Origin: a virus
Length of the DNA: 64,000 nucleotides
IMG/VR virus record: IMGVR_UViG_3300037189_006220
Coordinates: 1 to 64,000 of that record
Reading direction: 5' to 3' (one strand)
How positions within the stretch are numbered: the first letter of the stretch is position 1; each line of letters begins with the position of its first letter. Below, in pieces: positions 29,478 through 38,690 of this stretch. The position numbers and the translations under genes are program-made. The notes beneath the pieces are model-generated. The model had not been told where the DNA came from, did no database searches, and saw nothing but the letters and a program-made list of their open reading frames with translations.

Positions 29478-30443
29478 CTACCGTACTACATTGTTGTAGA
29501 TATTTCCAACAACATTTGCCCAAATGATTGGAGTCCAAGTCTCGGCTTGGTATCCACCCGCTCCGCCAATAAGAAACTTGTCAGCCCAAGTTGATACCAT
29601 ATTCGAGGCTTCGTTGTAACCTTCGAGAGTCCACTTCATTCCCCAGTATTCTCCGTAGTGTCCATCCGCTCCCGTAGCCAGAAGAATGACATCCGGCGCG
29701 TAGCCAGCAACAATGTCCTCGGCTTCGTCAAGGGCAGACAAAAGCGCGTCGTCGCCCGAACCCAACTCGATATTCCAGTTGTAGAAATGGCGTTCCGTGT
29801 CGTGCCAAGTATGTGCCTCGCCAAACTTATCAGGATGGTGGTTACCCATCCCAGCCGGAAAGATACCTGTTCCGTGTATCGAAAGCGTAGGAATATCCGT
29901 ATCTTCCAGAAGGTTCTGTACGCCATCTCCAGCGTGAACATCCCAGTCAATGTAGAGAGGCTTCAGTCCTTCTTTCTGAAACTTCCGTGCAGCCCACGCC
30001 ATATCGTTAAATACGCAGAAACCCGATGAGTTTTTGTATCCAGCGTGATGCTTCGCACCTTGAGGATTGAAAGCGACAGTAGCATCGCCATCGAGAACCA
30101 TCTCGGTGAGTCGAGCCGTGCCCGCAAACATCTTCAGCGCAGTCTCGGCATTATCCTTAGATACGCCATCCCAGTCCCAAGCCTTGTATTTGTCAAGTAC
30201 CTCGGCAACATAACGCTTGTCGTGGATAAACTCCAACCTAGCGCGGTCTTTCTTATCAACCGTCGGCTCGATGATATTTACGTCGTCACCAAACATATCA
30301 ACCAAATGCTCGGTAGCAAGTTTTGCGCGAATTGGGCGCGTCGGGTGCGAGCCATCGCCAGTCCCCAAGTTCCACTTCAGGTAATCGTCGCTGTACGCAA
30401 TATGTAGTTTATCGTTCATTTTTCTCGTTTCGTTATGTGTCAT
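29478..30443 (-). CDS. Zn-dependent deacetylase, histone deacetylase/AcuC family
   Basis: HP, HHA..SGFCVFND, IDWDVHAGDG, GADGH and GGY motifs intact. Confidence 0.9.
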   Translation of the reverse strand: MTHNETRKMNDKLHIAYSDDYLKWNLGTGDGSHPTRPIRAKLATEHLVDMFGDDVNIIEPTVDKKDRARLEFIHDKRYVAEVLDKYKAWDWDGVSKDNAETALKMFAGTARLTEMVLDGDATVAFNPQGAKHHAGYKNSSGFCVFNDMAWAARKFQKEGLKPLYIDWDVHAGDGVQNLLEDTDIPTLSIHGTGIFPAGMGNHHPDKFGEAHTWHDTERHFYNWNIELGSGDDALLSALDEAEDIVAGYAPDVILLATGADGHYGEYWGMKWTLEGYNEASNMVSTWADKFLIGGAGGYQAETWTPIIWANVVGNIYNNVVR

Positions 30444-30674
30444 TAGTTACAGTCTACTCGGTAGACCTTTGTTTGTCAAATCGTCACGGAGATGAGCGTA
30501 GAGTTCCTCAACCCAACCGCGAGCGCAGACTCGCAACATTCCCTCGTCATCACCTTCTTGGTAGATGCGAGAAACGATTTGTTCGATTTCTCGTTCGTGT
30601 GCCATTTCTTCCGTGTACTTTCTAGAGAGAACAAAGCCCTCGGAAAAGGGAGTAAACCGAGGGCTTTGCGTTTG

Positions 30675-30881
30675 CTATCGTGCCTTGACAAGCACGAAAG
30701 TTTTGTGGTGGTATCTCTTCTCAGGTCTTCCGTCAGTCTTTATCCGAAGGTATTGTCCCTCGTAGACTACTTTAGTTACCCGAGAAGGATAGCCATTTAG
30801 CGAGACTAGCACATCATTAGGCGCTATGTCATACGCTCGCATTTGGCGTGTCCCCGGTACAATTACCGCTTGTCCAGCCAT
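30675..30881 (-). CDS. Hypothetical protein
   Basis: GAGGA RBS, ATG at 30881. Confidence 0.6.
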   Translation of the reverse strand: MAGQAVIVPGTRQMRAYDIAPNDVLVSLNGYPSRVTKVVYEGQYLRIKTDGRPEKRYHHKTFVLVKAR

Positions 30882-30899
30882 TTGCTTCCTCATTTCTTT

Positions 30900-30986
30900 A
30901 GTATACCGACTCGAAGATTTCAACCTCTTCCATACGGCTTCCCGAGTCCTTTCGCCGTGACAGGGCGACTCTTTCGGTAAGTTGTT
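30900..30986 (-). ncRNA. Structured leader or ncRNA candidate
   Basis: TTGACA(31021)-17-TAGACT promoter; multi-stem fold closed by TACCGA/TCGGTA. Confidence 0.4.
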
Positions 30987-31025
30987 ATCCCGAGTCTACA
31001 GACTCAGAAGTCTTTTGTCAAGTTG

Positions 31026-31103
31026 AGTTGAGGCGGGCTGTAGAGTTCTTCTACACTTCACGGGATTTCCGCTGTCGCTTACCCGCCTCAACTATTTGCT
31101 TGT
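31026..31103 (-). ncRNA. ORF-less structured RNA candidate
   Basis: TTGACA(31138)-17-TATGCT promoter; 12-bp closing stem AGTTGAGGCGGG/CCCGCCTCAACT with inner hairpin. Confidence 0.45.
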
Positions 31104-31127
31104 AGTTACAGCATACAGACCATTTGA

Positions 31128-31397
31128 CTATTTGTCAAGTCCATTTCCGAAATAGACTTTCGCAATCGCCTTTTCTTGCCGAGCAAGTCGCTCGTACAAC
31201 TCTTTGCCCGCATTGCCTTCAGGCATCACGCGTTCCTCGAGGGCCTCCGTAAAGGTAGGTACAGAAGGTTTCTTAGCAATCTTTTGACTTTCCTCGTAAC
31301 GCTTGGTTGCTTCCTCGACGCGCTTGTCAAATAAGTGGCTTGAGTACCATTTGATAAATACAGGCGCGAACGCAATGAGAATGATTAGAAGTAACAT
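31128..31397 (-). CDS. Membrane-anchored hypothetical protein
   Basis: N-terminal hydrophobic helix. Confidence 0.6.
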   Translation of the reverse strand: MLLLIILIAFAPVFIKWYSSHLFDKRVEEATKRYEESQKIAKKPSVPTFTEALEERVMPEGNAGKELYERLARQEKAIAKVYFGNGLDK

Positions 31398-31513
31398 ACC
31401 TGAAGCATACCAGCATTATCCCGCGAGCGCAAATCCTGAAGCGGTGGCGTTACACGGAAAACTTATAGACGCGAAAAGAAACTCGCCCGAAGGCGAGTCC
31501 CTTTCTTAGTCTG

Positions 31514-31801
31514 TTACCAATCTCCGTGAGCCTCGCGAGCCTCTTGGATTGTGTCGTAAGGCGAGTCATCGTATTCGATTGTGCCTTCGTATGAGCCTTC
31601 GGTGTTACAAGTCGGGCAAATGAATGTTCCCCACTCGTCGGAGCCGTAGGACTCCATATCGACCATAAAGTCTTTCTGGACATCGTAGTCAGCGCAATCC
31701 TCGTTACCGCAGTATGAGGCGCGTTCCTCGGTGTATTCGCGGTCAGCCCCGGCAATCGCGTATTCGCGCCCGGTAACTCCGTCTGGATAGTTTCCACTCA
31801 T
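31514..31801 (-). CDS. Acidic Cys-containing hypothetical protein
   Basis: NYPDGVTG..C..C..CPTC; AAAGGA RBS. Confidence 0.7.
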   Translation of the reverse strand: MSGNYPDGVTGREYAIAGADREYTEERASYCGNEDCADYDVQKDFMVDMESYGSDEWGTFICPTCNTEGSYEGTIEYDDSPYDTIQEAREAHGDW

Positions 31802-32106
31802 CTGTTTTCCTTTGTTTGTCGTTGTGTTTTTCCTGCCCGCCACATCCTACTTTCAGTCCGACTCTGTACACAAGTCGTTCGGGAGTGGCGGTGTTTTGCT
31901 AGTTTACATCTTGTTCCTTTCCGCCCTTGTTGTCTGGCTGTTTGAGGTGGCGGTGGCTTTCTGCCTTTGCCTTATACTCCTACCTTAGCAGCTATCACTG
32001 ACATCCGCAAGTTCAACTCGCAAATCTCCCGCGTAGCAAGTTTTCCGTGTAATCGTAGGAAAAAAGAAACCCCGCTTTCGCGGGGCATCTTTCTTTCACA
32101 AGGGAG

Positions 32107-32439
32107 TTATGAAAGTGTCTTGACGAACCATTCGACCTGTTCGTCGGTAAGTCCGAGAGTCTCTCCTTCGTCGTCTGTTCCTCCGGTGAATACGACATTA
32201 CCGACAACGATATCAACCGCGCCAAACTTGGCTTGGAACACTGCCGTAGCGAAAGAGTTGGTGAGGTAGCCTTCCAACTTACCTTCCTCGTTGAGCCACA
32301 TCGTGAGGTCGTTCTTGAGGTCAATGGCTTGTACCCAGCCGTCAACGGCATCCTGAAGAACCTTGAGCGAACCTTCGGGAGCGTCAAGGTCAATAACCTC
32401 GAGGTCCTCCGAGAACGAAACCTTTACTGCTTTTCTCAT
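32107..32439 (-). CDS. DUF3846-like protein
   Basis: LQDAVDGWVQ..NEEGKL..N..A..IVGNVV. Confidence 0.8.
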   Translation of the reverse strand: MRKAVKVSFSEDLEVIDLDAPEGSLKVLQDAVDGWVQAIDLKNDLTMWLNEEGKLEGYLTNSFATAVFQAKFGAVDIVVGNVVFTGGTDDEGETLGLTDEQVEWFVKTLS

Positions 32440-32523
32440 TTCATTTCCTTTTGTCGTTTGTTTGTGTTGCTGTTGATACAAGCATAAGGGCAGACTCAAC
32501 ATTTGTCAAGTCTGCCCTGACGC

Positions 32524-32754
32524 TTACTGATTGGCGTGGAAGTAGTCCTGAACCTCCGCGCCACTCTCAAAGGCGTGAGCCTCGAAACCGGCGGAGGTGA
32601 GGTTGAGAACCGTGTGGCTCGTGATGAGGTCGCTAGGTGACGACCAGACATCGAAGACCTTGTTGATACCGACCAGCGGAGTTACCTCGTAGGTAAATCC
32701 GAGGTTGAAGTCACCGAGGTTCTTACGCTCCGTGTTTTCGATGATGATGAACAT
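32524..32754 (-). CDS. Hypothetical protein
   Basis: AAGGGAG RBS, own promoter. Confidence 0.65.
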   Translation of the reverse strand: MFIIIENTERKNLGDFNLGFTYEVTPLVGINKVFDVWSSPSDLITSHTVLNLTSAGFEAHAFESGAEVQDYFHANQ

Positions 32755-32858
32755 TTGTTCTCCCTTGTTGGTTTTGCTTACATACTCAATATAGCAGCTG
32801 GCTCTGACATCCGCAAATCGAAGTTGTGTTCTGGCGTGTCGCCCGAGGGCAAGGAGGC

Positions 32859-33239
32859 TTACGCCTCCTCGTCCTCCTCGTCCTCGTACTCGTCGTCGTA
32901 GCAAGAACATTCGGACTCGTACTGCCCGCAGTCCTCGCACTCGTCCTCGTCGGACTCACCTTGTGCGATGAGGCTCATAAAGCCGTCGTTCGCGTCTCCG
33001 TCAATGGTACGAACCGCGCTCACGAAACGGAGCGCACAAGAGTCGTCAAACCATTTCTTGACCGTGGTGAGCATCTCATCGGCGGACATCTCGTCCGCGC
33101 TAATCAGAGCCTCGTAGCCGTACTGTTTCATCAAGTCCATTTGGTGGTCATCCATAAGGACATAAATCTTGTGGCAGGTATCGAACGCGATGCCTCGCGC
33201 GTCGTGGATTGCGTCCTCAACTTTGTCAAAAGTAATCAT
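32859..33239 (-). CDS. Hypothetical protein with acidic tail
   Basis: FDTCHKIY..SCALRF; RBS. Confidence 0.75.
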   Translation of the reverse strand: MITFDKVEDAIHDARGIAFDTCHKIYVLMDDHQMDLMKQYGYEALISADEMSADEMLTTVKKWFDDSCALRFVSAVRTIDGDANDGFMSLIAQGESDEDECEDCGQYESECSCYDDEYEDEEDEEA

Positions 33240-33366
33240 CTTGGTTCCCTTTCGTCGTTTCGTAGCATTTGCTACATAACCCATAATACTCACATTCAGA
33301 CTCGTGTCAAGTCCATTTGGCAAATATTTTTTATTGGGTCATCTTCCGTGTAGTTACGGGCAAAAA

Positions 33367-33531
33367 CTAACCCGCGAACCGAAGTTCACGGGCTAGGTTT
33401 GCCGAGCGGGTTCTTGCCCGCTTGTCACGCTTGTCAGCGTGAGTCCCCGCAGCGCTTGACATACGCTTTCCGCGCATTGCCTCCGCGAGCGCGGGATTGG
33501 CTATCCCACGGTGTTTCTTGGCTTTTGCCAT
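33367..33531 (-). CDS. 54-aa highly basic peptide
   Basis: MAKAKKHRG..SSAAGTHADKRDKRARTRS; AAGGGAG RBS. Confidence 0.7.
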   Translation of the reverse strand: MAKAKKHRGIANPALAEAMRGKRMSSAAGTHADKRDKRARTRSANLARELRFAG

Positions 33532-33668
33532 TTTCGACTCCCTTCGTCGTTATCTAAATATAACACACTTTCAGTTAGATACAAAACTCAGAAGTTCCGC
33601 TATTTTCCTAGGTAGTACTTTTTCCGTGTAACCGTGACAAAACAAAAACCCGCCGAAGCGGGTGATTG

Positions 33669-33854
33669 TTACGCAACTGACTTTGTAAACCGAGAAAGTT
33701 TGTAAACATTCACGATATTCTCCACCGAGTCAAAACCGTAGGGCATTTCGATTTCGCTTTCGTATCGACCTTCTTGCGCCTCGGCAATGGCAAGTGCGAT
33801 GTATGGATGTAAGTCCTCGGGATAAAGTTCCCTTCAGGTAGTTTCGTTCGTCAT
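33669..33854 (-). pseudogene. 61-codon ORF with in-frame TGA at codon 7
   Basis: AAAGGA RBS, MTNETT*RELYPEDLHP...KSVA, then terminator. Confidence 0.55.
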
Positions 33855-33912
33855 TTGTTAGTTCCTTTGTTCAGTCGGATTGTTCCGATAGGGAGAGTTT
33901 ATCAGCCGGTGG

Positions 33913-34224
33913 CTAGTTTGTCAAGTCAAGTACGGGTGACTCCCAATGCCACACGATTTTGCTTGTGTTGCTATCAAGGACTCGGACTGCCGGAAGTGCC
34001 TTGCCCAACTCTTGTGCCTCGCTTGCGTGAGACAAGACATTACAAGCATAGTCACGCGCTCGCTCAATAGCCTCGTCCAAGTCCGTGTGAACAAAGCCGT
34101 GGCTTGGCTCTGATATCCGGTAGCCGTCCCATACGCCTTGTACGCGATAGACCGTAACCATTACCTCGTCCTCGCGAGCGTACTCGCTCCCGTCTTCGTT
34201 GTTTCGTCTGTTCGTCTTTCCCAT
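33913..34224 (-). CDS. Hypothetical protein
   Basis: 103-aa ORF with RBS. Confidence 0.6.
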   Translation of the reverse strand: MGKTNRRNNEDGSEYAREDEVMVTVYRVQGVWDGYRISEPSHGFVHTDLDEAIERARDYACNVLSHASEAQELGKALPAVRVLDSNTSKIVWHWESPVLDLTN

Positions 34225-34228
34225 TTTC

Positions 34229-34387
34229 CTAGTCCTGTTCCTTGTTACAAAACTCGCAATAAGTTTCGCCTTTGTCTTCGATAAACTTGTGTTCGCCCGT
34301 CTGATAACACTCGTGGCGACATTCTCCGTGGCAGTCAGACTCTCCGCAACTTTCGCAGATTCCGGTTGCTCCCCAACTGTTTACCAT
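34229..34387 (-). CDS. 52-aa Cys/His-rich peptide
   Basis: MVNSWGATGICESCG..CEFC; AAGGGAG RBS. Confidence 0.65.
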   Translation of the reverse strand: MVNSWGATGICESCGESDCHGECRHECYQTGEHKFIEDKGETYCEFCNKEQD

Positions 34388-34511
34388 TCTTGCTCCCTTG
34401 TTTGTTTCGGTGTGTTGCTTGATATCAAGAGTCTATACCATACCTCTGACAACTTACAAATCGACGCGCCGGAAGAAAGAATACCCGCCTTTCGGCGGGT
34501 ATCCTCACTTG

Positions 34512-34916
34512 CTAGTAGTCCTCGTCTTCGCCTTCCGGCACCGGCACGATTCGGAAGAACGCGCCCAACTCATCGTGGCTCGAACGGGAGCAAGTCAACT
34601 CTGTTCCGTCAAGCGTGAATCGGAGTGTGTAGTCGCTGTTGATTGAGAGTCCGTCGAGAATCTTGTCTGCCGTAATGTTCAGGAATCCTGAAACTCCGCG
34701 CCAGCCCATTCCGTATCCTTCGATTCGGACTCGGGTGTACTCGTCCCAACCATTTGCGTCAAGCCACGGAGCGAGAACGCAGTAGCGGAAGTTTTCTTTC
34801 TCGTCTTCCCAACAACCGTAGCAATAGTCGCTGGCAACGGATTCGCCCGTCTCTTCGTCGTAATACTCGCAAACGCACTGAGTCGTTAGCTCAAACTGAG
34901 TTTTCGTCGTTTCCAT
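34512..34916 (-). CDS. Hypothetical protein
   Basis: MGWRGVSG..SHDE motifs; cassette. Confidence 0.75.
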   Translation of the reverse strand: METTKTQFELTTQCVCEYYDEETGESVASDYCYGCWEDEKENFRYCVLAPWLDANGWDEYTRVRIEGYGMGWRGVSGFLNITADKILDGLSINSDYTLRFTLDGTELTCSRSSHDELGAFFRIVPVPEGEDEDY

Positions 34917-35029
34917 TTGTCTTTCCCTTGTTCGTTGTTTCTTGTTCGGAATTGCTTATACGGAGAGTCTATACCCTACCTCTGACAATGAGCAAGTGGA
35001 CGCGCCGAAACGCGTCCACTCGCTATGTC

Positions 35030-35332
35030 CTAGACCGTATCTAGGAAGGTGTATTCGGTGCGTCGGAGCGTGAGGTTGTAAACCTCGGGAGCAATTTCCA
35101 GCATCACCTTGCGGTCGAACGAAGTGTTCACTCCGTCCTTGACGACGATAACGTCAAAGCCATTTGCCGTACCAACGAGAGCCGAACCAAGTGCCTCACG
35201 AAGAATCTTCTCCGCTTGCTTCTTGCTTGCTTTGGCAGCCGCTTCGGCTTCCTTAGCGATTCGGAATTGTGCGAGTGCCTGAATAGCAACCGCGTCCAAC
35301 TCGACCTTAGCCGAGACTTCCTGAGTAGACAT
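35030..35332 (-). CDS. Hypothetical protein, paralog of 20209
   Basis: Ala/Lys helix then FDRKVM..PEVY..YTFL. Confidence 0.75.
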   Translation of the reverse strand: MSTQEVSAKVELDAVAIQALAQFRIAKEAEAAAKASKKQAEKILREALGSALVGTANGFDVIVVKDGVNTSFDRKVMLEIAPEVYNLTLRRTEYTFLDTV

Positions 35333-35490
35333 TGTGTCCCTTTCGACCTGCCAAACTTTGGCATTGAGATAAAGATACCGCATATGACTGACACTCGCAA
35401 ATCGACGTGAATCCCGGGCGTGTCGCGCCGTGGCGGAGATTACACGGAAAACCCGTACCTAAAAGAAAAACTCCCCGAAGGGAGTTTCCT

Positions 35491-35589
35491 TTAGTGAGTT
35501 GCGAATACGATACTCGCAACAACCGTGAGTCCAATGTCAAGGACTAGTAACGCTGTTGCTATCCTGAACAACTTTTGTTCCCGAGTCAC
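35491..35589 (-). CDS. 32-aa membrane peptide
   Basis: GTG overlaps upstream stop; hydrophobic; terminator follows. Confidence 0.45.
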   Translation of the reverse strand: MTREQKLFRIATALLVLDIGLTVVASIVFATH

Positions 35590-35981
35590 TATTCGACCTT
35601 TCCGTCATTACCGTATATGTTCTGGAAGTCTACCGCAATAGAGATAGCGTCGTCAAGCGTGTCGTAGACATTTGAGATTTCGTCTCCGTTTTCGTCGTCG
35701 GTGGAGTCCCAAACCTCAAACCAAGAGTTGTTTATCCACTCAAAGATACCGTCGTAGGTATTTCCCTTGTCTGACCAAGTTTGTAGTTCCTCGTCGGTCT
35801 TGATTCCGAAGTCCATAAGTTGGTCGGTGTAGCGGATAATGTGGCGCGTTCCTTTGTCGTCAATAGCGTTGATACGCATTTCGCCATTACGAACGACATA
35901 GAACCGAGGATTCGCCTCGTCTCGCCAAACCATTTGTGGCGTGTTGTGGTCGGTGTAAAAAGCCGAGTCCTGATTTGTCAT
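35589..35981 (-). CDS. Hypothetical protein
   Basis: 130 aa, coupled to upstream gene. Confidence 0.75.
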   Translation of the reverse strand: MTNQDSAFYTDHNTPQMVWRDEANPRFYVVRNGEMRINAIDDKGTRHIIRYTDQLMDFGIKTDEELQTWSDKGNTYDGIFEWINNSWFEVWDSTDDENGDEISNVYDTLDDAISIAVDFQNIYGNDGKVE

Positions 35982-36184
35982 TACTCCACCTCCTTGACAA
36001 TGCGAAACTCCAAGCCCTCGCCCGTGAACGCATCACGGTACTCGGACTCCTTGGAGAAGTAGAAGAAGATATTGGTATCGTCCTCATCAAGTGAGTTCCA
36101 CGCCTCGTCGATTGAGACGGTGGTCAACAGGTGTTCGCCAATGTTGTCCTTCCACTCAATGAGGACTTTCTTTTCGTAAGCCAT
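35981..36184 (-). CDS. Hypothetical protein
   Basis: ATG at 36184 with AAGGGA RBS. Confidence 0.7.
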   Translation of the reverse strand: MAYEKKVLIEWKDNIGEHLLTTVSIDEAWNSLDEDDTNIFFYFSKESEYRDAFTGEGLEFRIVKEVE

Positions 36185-36318
36185 TTCTTTCCCTTCGTCA
36201 TTTGCGGGCAACTGCCCTACTAAGAACCTTACCAAAATATGCGAGACTCCGCAAGTCAATGTTTTCCGTGTAGCCACGCCAAAGAAAAACTCCCGATTTC
36301 TCGGGAGCCTTTCGGTGG

Positions 36319-36642
36319 TTAGAAAGCGTAAGCCGGTTTCCAAAGTGCCACGCTGACCTCTTGCCACGCCTCTGCGTCGTGACCGCCGATGTTCCACTCA
36401 ATGCGTTCTTCCGTTTCTGGCTTGCCGAGTTCGTAGCGTTTCCAATCGTAGATTGTGGCAACGACTCCGCTGTCAAAGCGGATTACCCATTCCGTGGTGA
36501 CTTTCTCGTTTACGTCTCCGTCGTCCCAAGTCGGTGCGCCAAACACTGCCTCAATCTCGGCGCGAGTCGCTTTGACATATCCGCGGAGGCTCGTGCCATT
36601 GGAAGCATCAAGTGCCTCGTGTGCCGTGAGTGCCTTTGTCAT
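36319..36642 (-). CDS. Hypothetical phage protein (GTSLRG..TIYDWK..WNIGG)
   Basis: Recognisable motif set; cassette. Confidence 0.8.
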   Translation of the reverse strand: MTKALTAHEALDASNGTSLRGYVKATRAEIEAVFGAPTWDDGDVNEKVTTEWVIRFDSGVVATIYDWKRYELGKPETEERIEWNIGGHDAEAWQEVSVALWKPAYAF

Positions 36643-36713
36643 TTTGTGCCTTTCGTCATTTATGGGATTAGCCCCATACCCTAAGCGTATCAGAGTATGG
36701 GGCAATCCGCAAG

Positions 36714-37100
36714 TTACTTTTCTGCCGAGATGCTTCGGGCAGTTTCAGGTCGGTTCCAATCAGACTCCGACTCCAGAGTTGCCCAATCGTCTTCAGTCCA
36801 CTCGCTCGTGTCTACAAGCGCGAGTGACGAAGCATCTCCGTAGTTACCATCTTCGGCAAAGTAGGTGAGCGAGTTAGGAAGAACATTCCCATTATGGAAG
36901 CCAAGCGTATTGCTCAACTTTGCGTGGATATCCCAATCAAACTCATCACCATTTTCCATTACCTCATCGGGTCGAACCCAAGTCTGCGTCTCGGGGTCGA
37001 ACCAAGAGTTCGTGCCTTTCCACGCCATAAGAGTTTCGTCGTCGATGAAGAACCGATTGGTGTTCGTGTCGTAGTGGACTACGAAATGGATTTGCGCCAT
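36714..37100 (-). CDS. Hypothetical protein
   Basis: Cassette architecture. Confidence 0.75.
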   Translation of the reverse strand: MAQIHFVVHYDTNTNRFFIDDETLMAWKGTNSWFDPETQTWVRPDEVMENGDEFDWDIHAKLSNTLGFHNGNVLPNSLTYFAEDGNYGDASSLALVDTSEWTEDDWATLESESDWNRPETARSISAEK

Positions 37101-37255
37101 TTCATTTCCTTTCGTCGTTTGCTAGGCAACTTGCCTACATTCATTATTACAGGTATTGACCGCGAGCGCAAGTCCAAGTTCCTAAGCCGGAAGTTACACG
37201 GAAAAAACCTACAGATAAAAAAAAAGAAAGCCCCGCATTTCTGCGGGGCAATCTT

Positions 37256-37771
37256 TTAGTGGACTCGTTCCTCACAAGTCTCTAGAAACTCGCTATCCGA
37301 CGGCAGGTTATTCAGGTCAAACTGCGCGATAACTTTTCCGTCAGTCCAGACTTGGAGGTTGTCGAAGTCCAGCCGTACCGTGTACGCCCACTCGCAATCC
37401 GGCTCGGTGATGAAGTCACGGTTGTCCACAAGCGGAAGTTCCGTGAATGGACTCGTAGCAATCACCTCAAGGATTTTTCCTCCGGTGTCTCGGGAGAGTT
37501 CGGGGTAAGCGCGACTAAATCGCACCGACTCATCCATTGACATCATTCCGTCGCCTCGCTCTGAAAACTTGGCGTGGACTGCGTTCGCCTCATTCTCGGT
37601 AATCCAGCGTACTTGCGGAAGTCGCTCACGAAGTGTAGCGAGGTTGTCCGAGTTGCGGAGGAAGTTCAGAATGGTGATGCCCTGCCCCGAGGGGTAGCCA
37701 TCCCATTGACCGTACTGCGCGACGCGAACCTCGCCTTTATCAATGACCTGTACCAAGTGTCGTGTTCCCAT
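37256..37771 (-). CDS. Hypothetical phage protein (MGTR..QWDGYP..EWAY)
   Basis: Motif set; RBS. Confidence 0.8.
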   Translation of the reverse strand: MGTRHLVQVIDKGEVRVAQYGQWDGYPSGQGITILNFLRNSDNLATLRERLPQVRWITENEANAVHAKFSERGDGMMSMDESVRFSRAYPELSRDTGGKILEVIATSPFTELPLVDNRDFITEPDCEWAYTVRLDFDNLQVWTDGKVIAQFDLNNLPSDSEFLETCEERVH

Positions 37772-37912
37772 TATTGTCCTTTGTCGTTTGTCAAGCCGTG
37801 TTGCTTGATAACTAATCTTCTCATACATTTGTCAAAAACGCAAATCAAGTTTTTCCGTGTAACCGTCAAAAACGAAAAACCCCTACCGAAGTAGGGGAGT
37901 TCCGTTGGGGGT

Positions 37913-38149
37913 CTATCGGGCTGGCTCGTAGATTAGCGAACCTGCTCCGTTGCCTTCTGCGTCGCTTGACGGTATCACGAACGAACCGTCAGAGAAGAAG
38001 ATAACGAAAGCAACCGTTCCGCCGTCAAACCAGAAAAGGTTTTCGAGTTCGTCAGCCATAAGCGGTCTTACGGCTACAACGGTCTTTCCTACGAGTGAGC
38101 CGTACTCTGCCTTGATGAGGTCGAAGTGCGGGATTGTCGGTGTCGTCAT
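37913..38149 (-). CDS. Hypothetical protein
   Basis: DGS..PSSDAEGNGAG motif. Confidence 0.75.
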   Translation of the reverse strand: MTTPTIPHFDLIKAEYGSLVGKTVVAVRPLMADELENLFWFDGGTVAFVIFFSDGSFVIPSSDAEGNGAGSLIYEPAR

Positions 38150-38218
38150 TGTTGTCCTTTGTTAGGTGGGCTTGCCCCACGCCCCTATGTTACCAGAGCG
38201 TGGAGCAAACCGCAAGTC

Positions 38219-38605
38219 CTAGACTGTTGCGAGGGACTCGGAGGGAACCGAGACGCGAGTGAAGTCACTCGTACCCCAGTACATATCGTGCCCGATAGTC
38301 CTCGCCTCAATCTCGACGGTAGTGCCCGAGCGGTCGGTGTTCTCCCAGTCGCGGATACGCAGGTCGCCCACGATAACTACGCGGTCGCCCTTCTTGATTG
38401 ACTCCGCCGAGTTGCTGGCAAGGTTGCGGAACGCCGAAACGGTGTACCAGTTGGTGTCAACCGCTACGCTCTCGCCACGGTCATTGGTCTTGTATTGACT
38501 TGACGCGAGTCGGAACGAAGTGATTGCCAGACCCTCGGAGGTTACGAGGTGGCGCGGAGTCGTAGCAACGAGTCCGGTTACGGTAATGGTGTCTCTCTGA
38601 AACAT
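38219..38605 (-). CDS. ssb: Single-stranded DNA-binding protein (short, no acidic PF tail)
   Basis: ITVTGLVATTP..SFRLAS..WYTVSAF..KGDRVVIVGDLRIRDWE. Confidence 0.9.
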   Translation of the reverse strand: MFQRDTITVTGLVATTPRHLVTSEGLAITSFRLASSQYKTNDRGESVAVDTNWYTVSAFRNLASNSAESIKKGDRVVIVGDLRIRDWENTDRSGTTVEIEARTIGHDMYWGTSDFTRVSVPSESLATV

Positions 38606-38690
38606 TTTTTGTCCTTTGTGTCGTTTGTTTTTTGTTGAGCGGTTTGCCCTACACCCTAAGCATATCAGAGTGTAGGACAAAGCGCAAGTC

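Noticed and set aside
30900-31103. tRNA, hammerhead, twister or ZTP riboswitch
   Set aside because: Required conserved cores not found; kept only as unclassified RNA candidates
33669-33854. Genome-wide stop-codon reassignment
   Set aside because: TGA, TAG and TAA all terminate well-formed genes elsewhere
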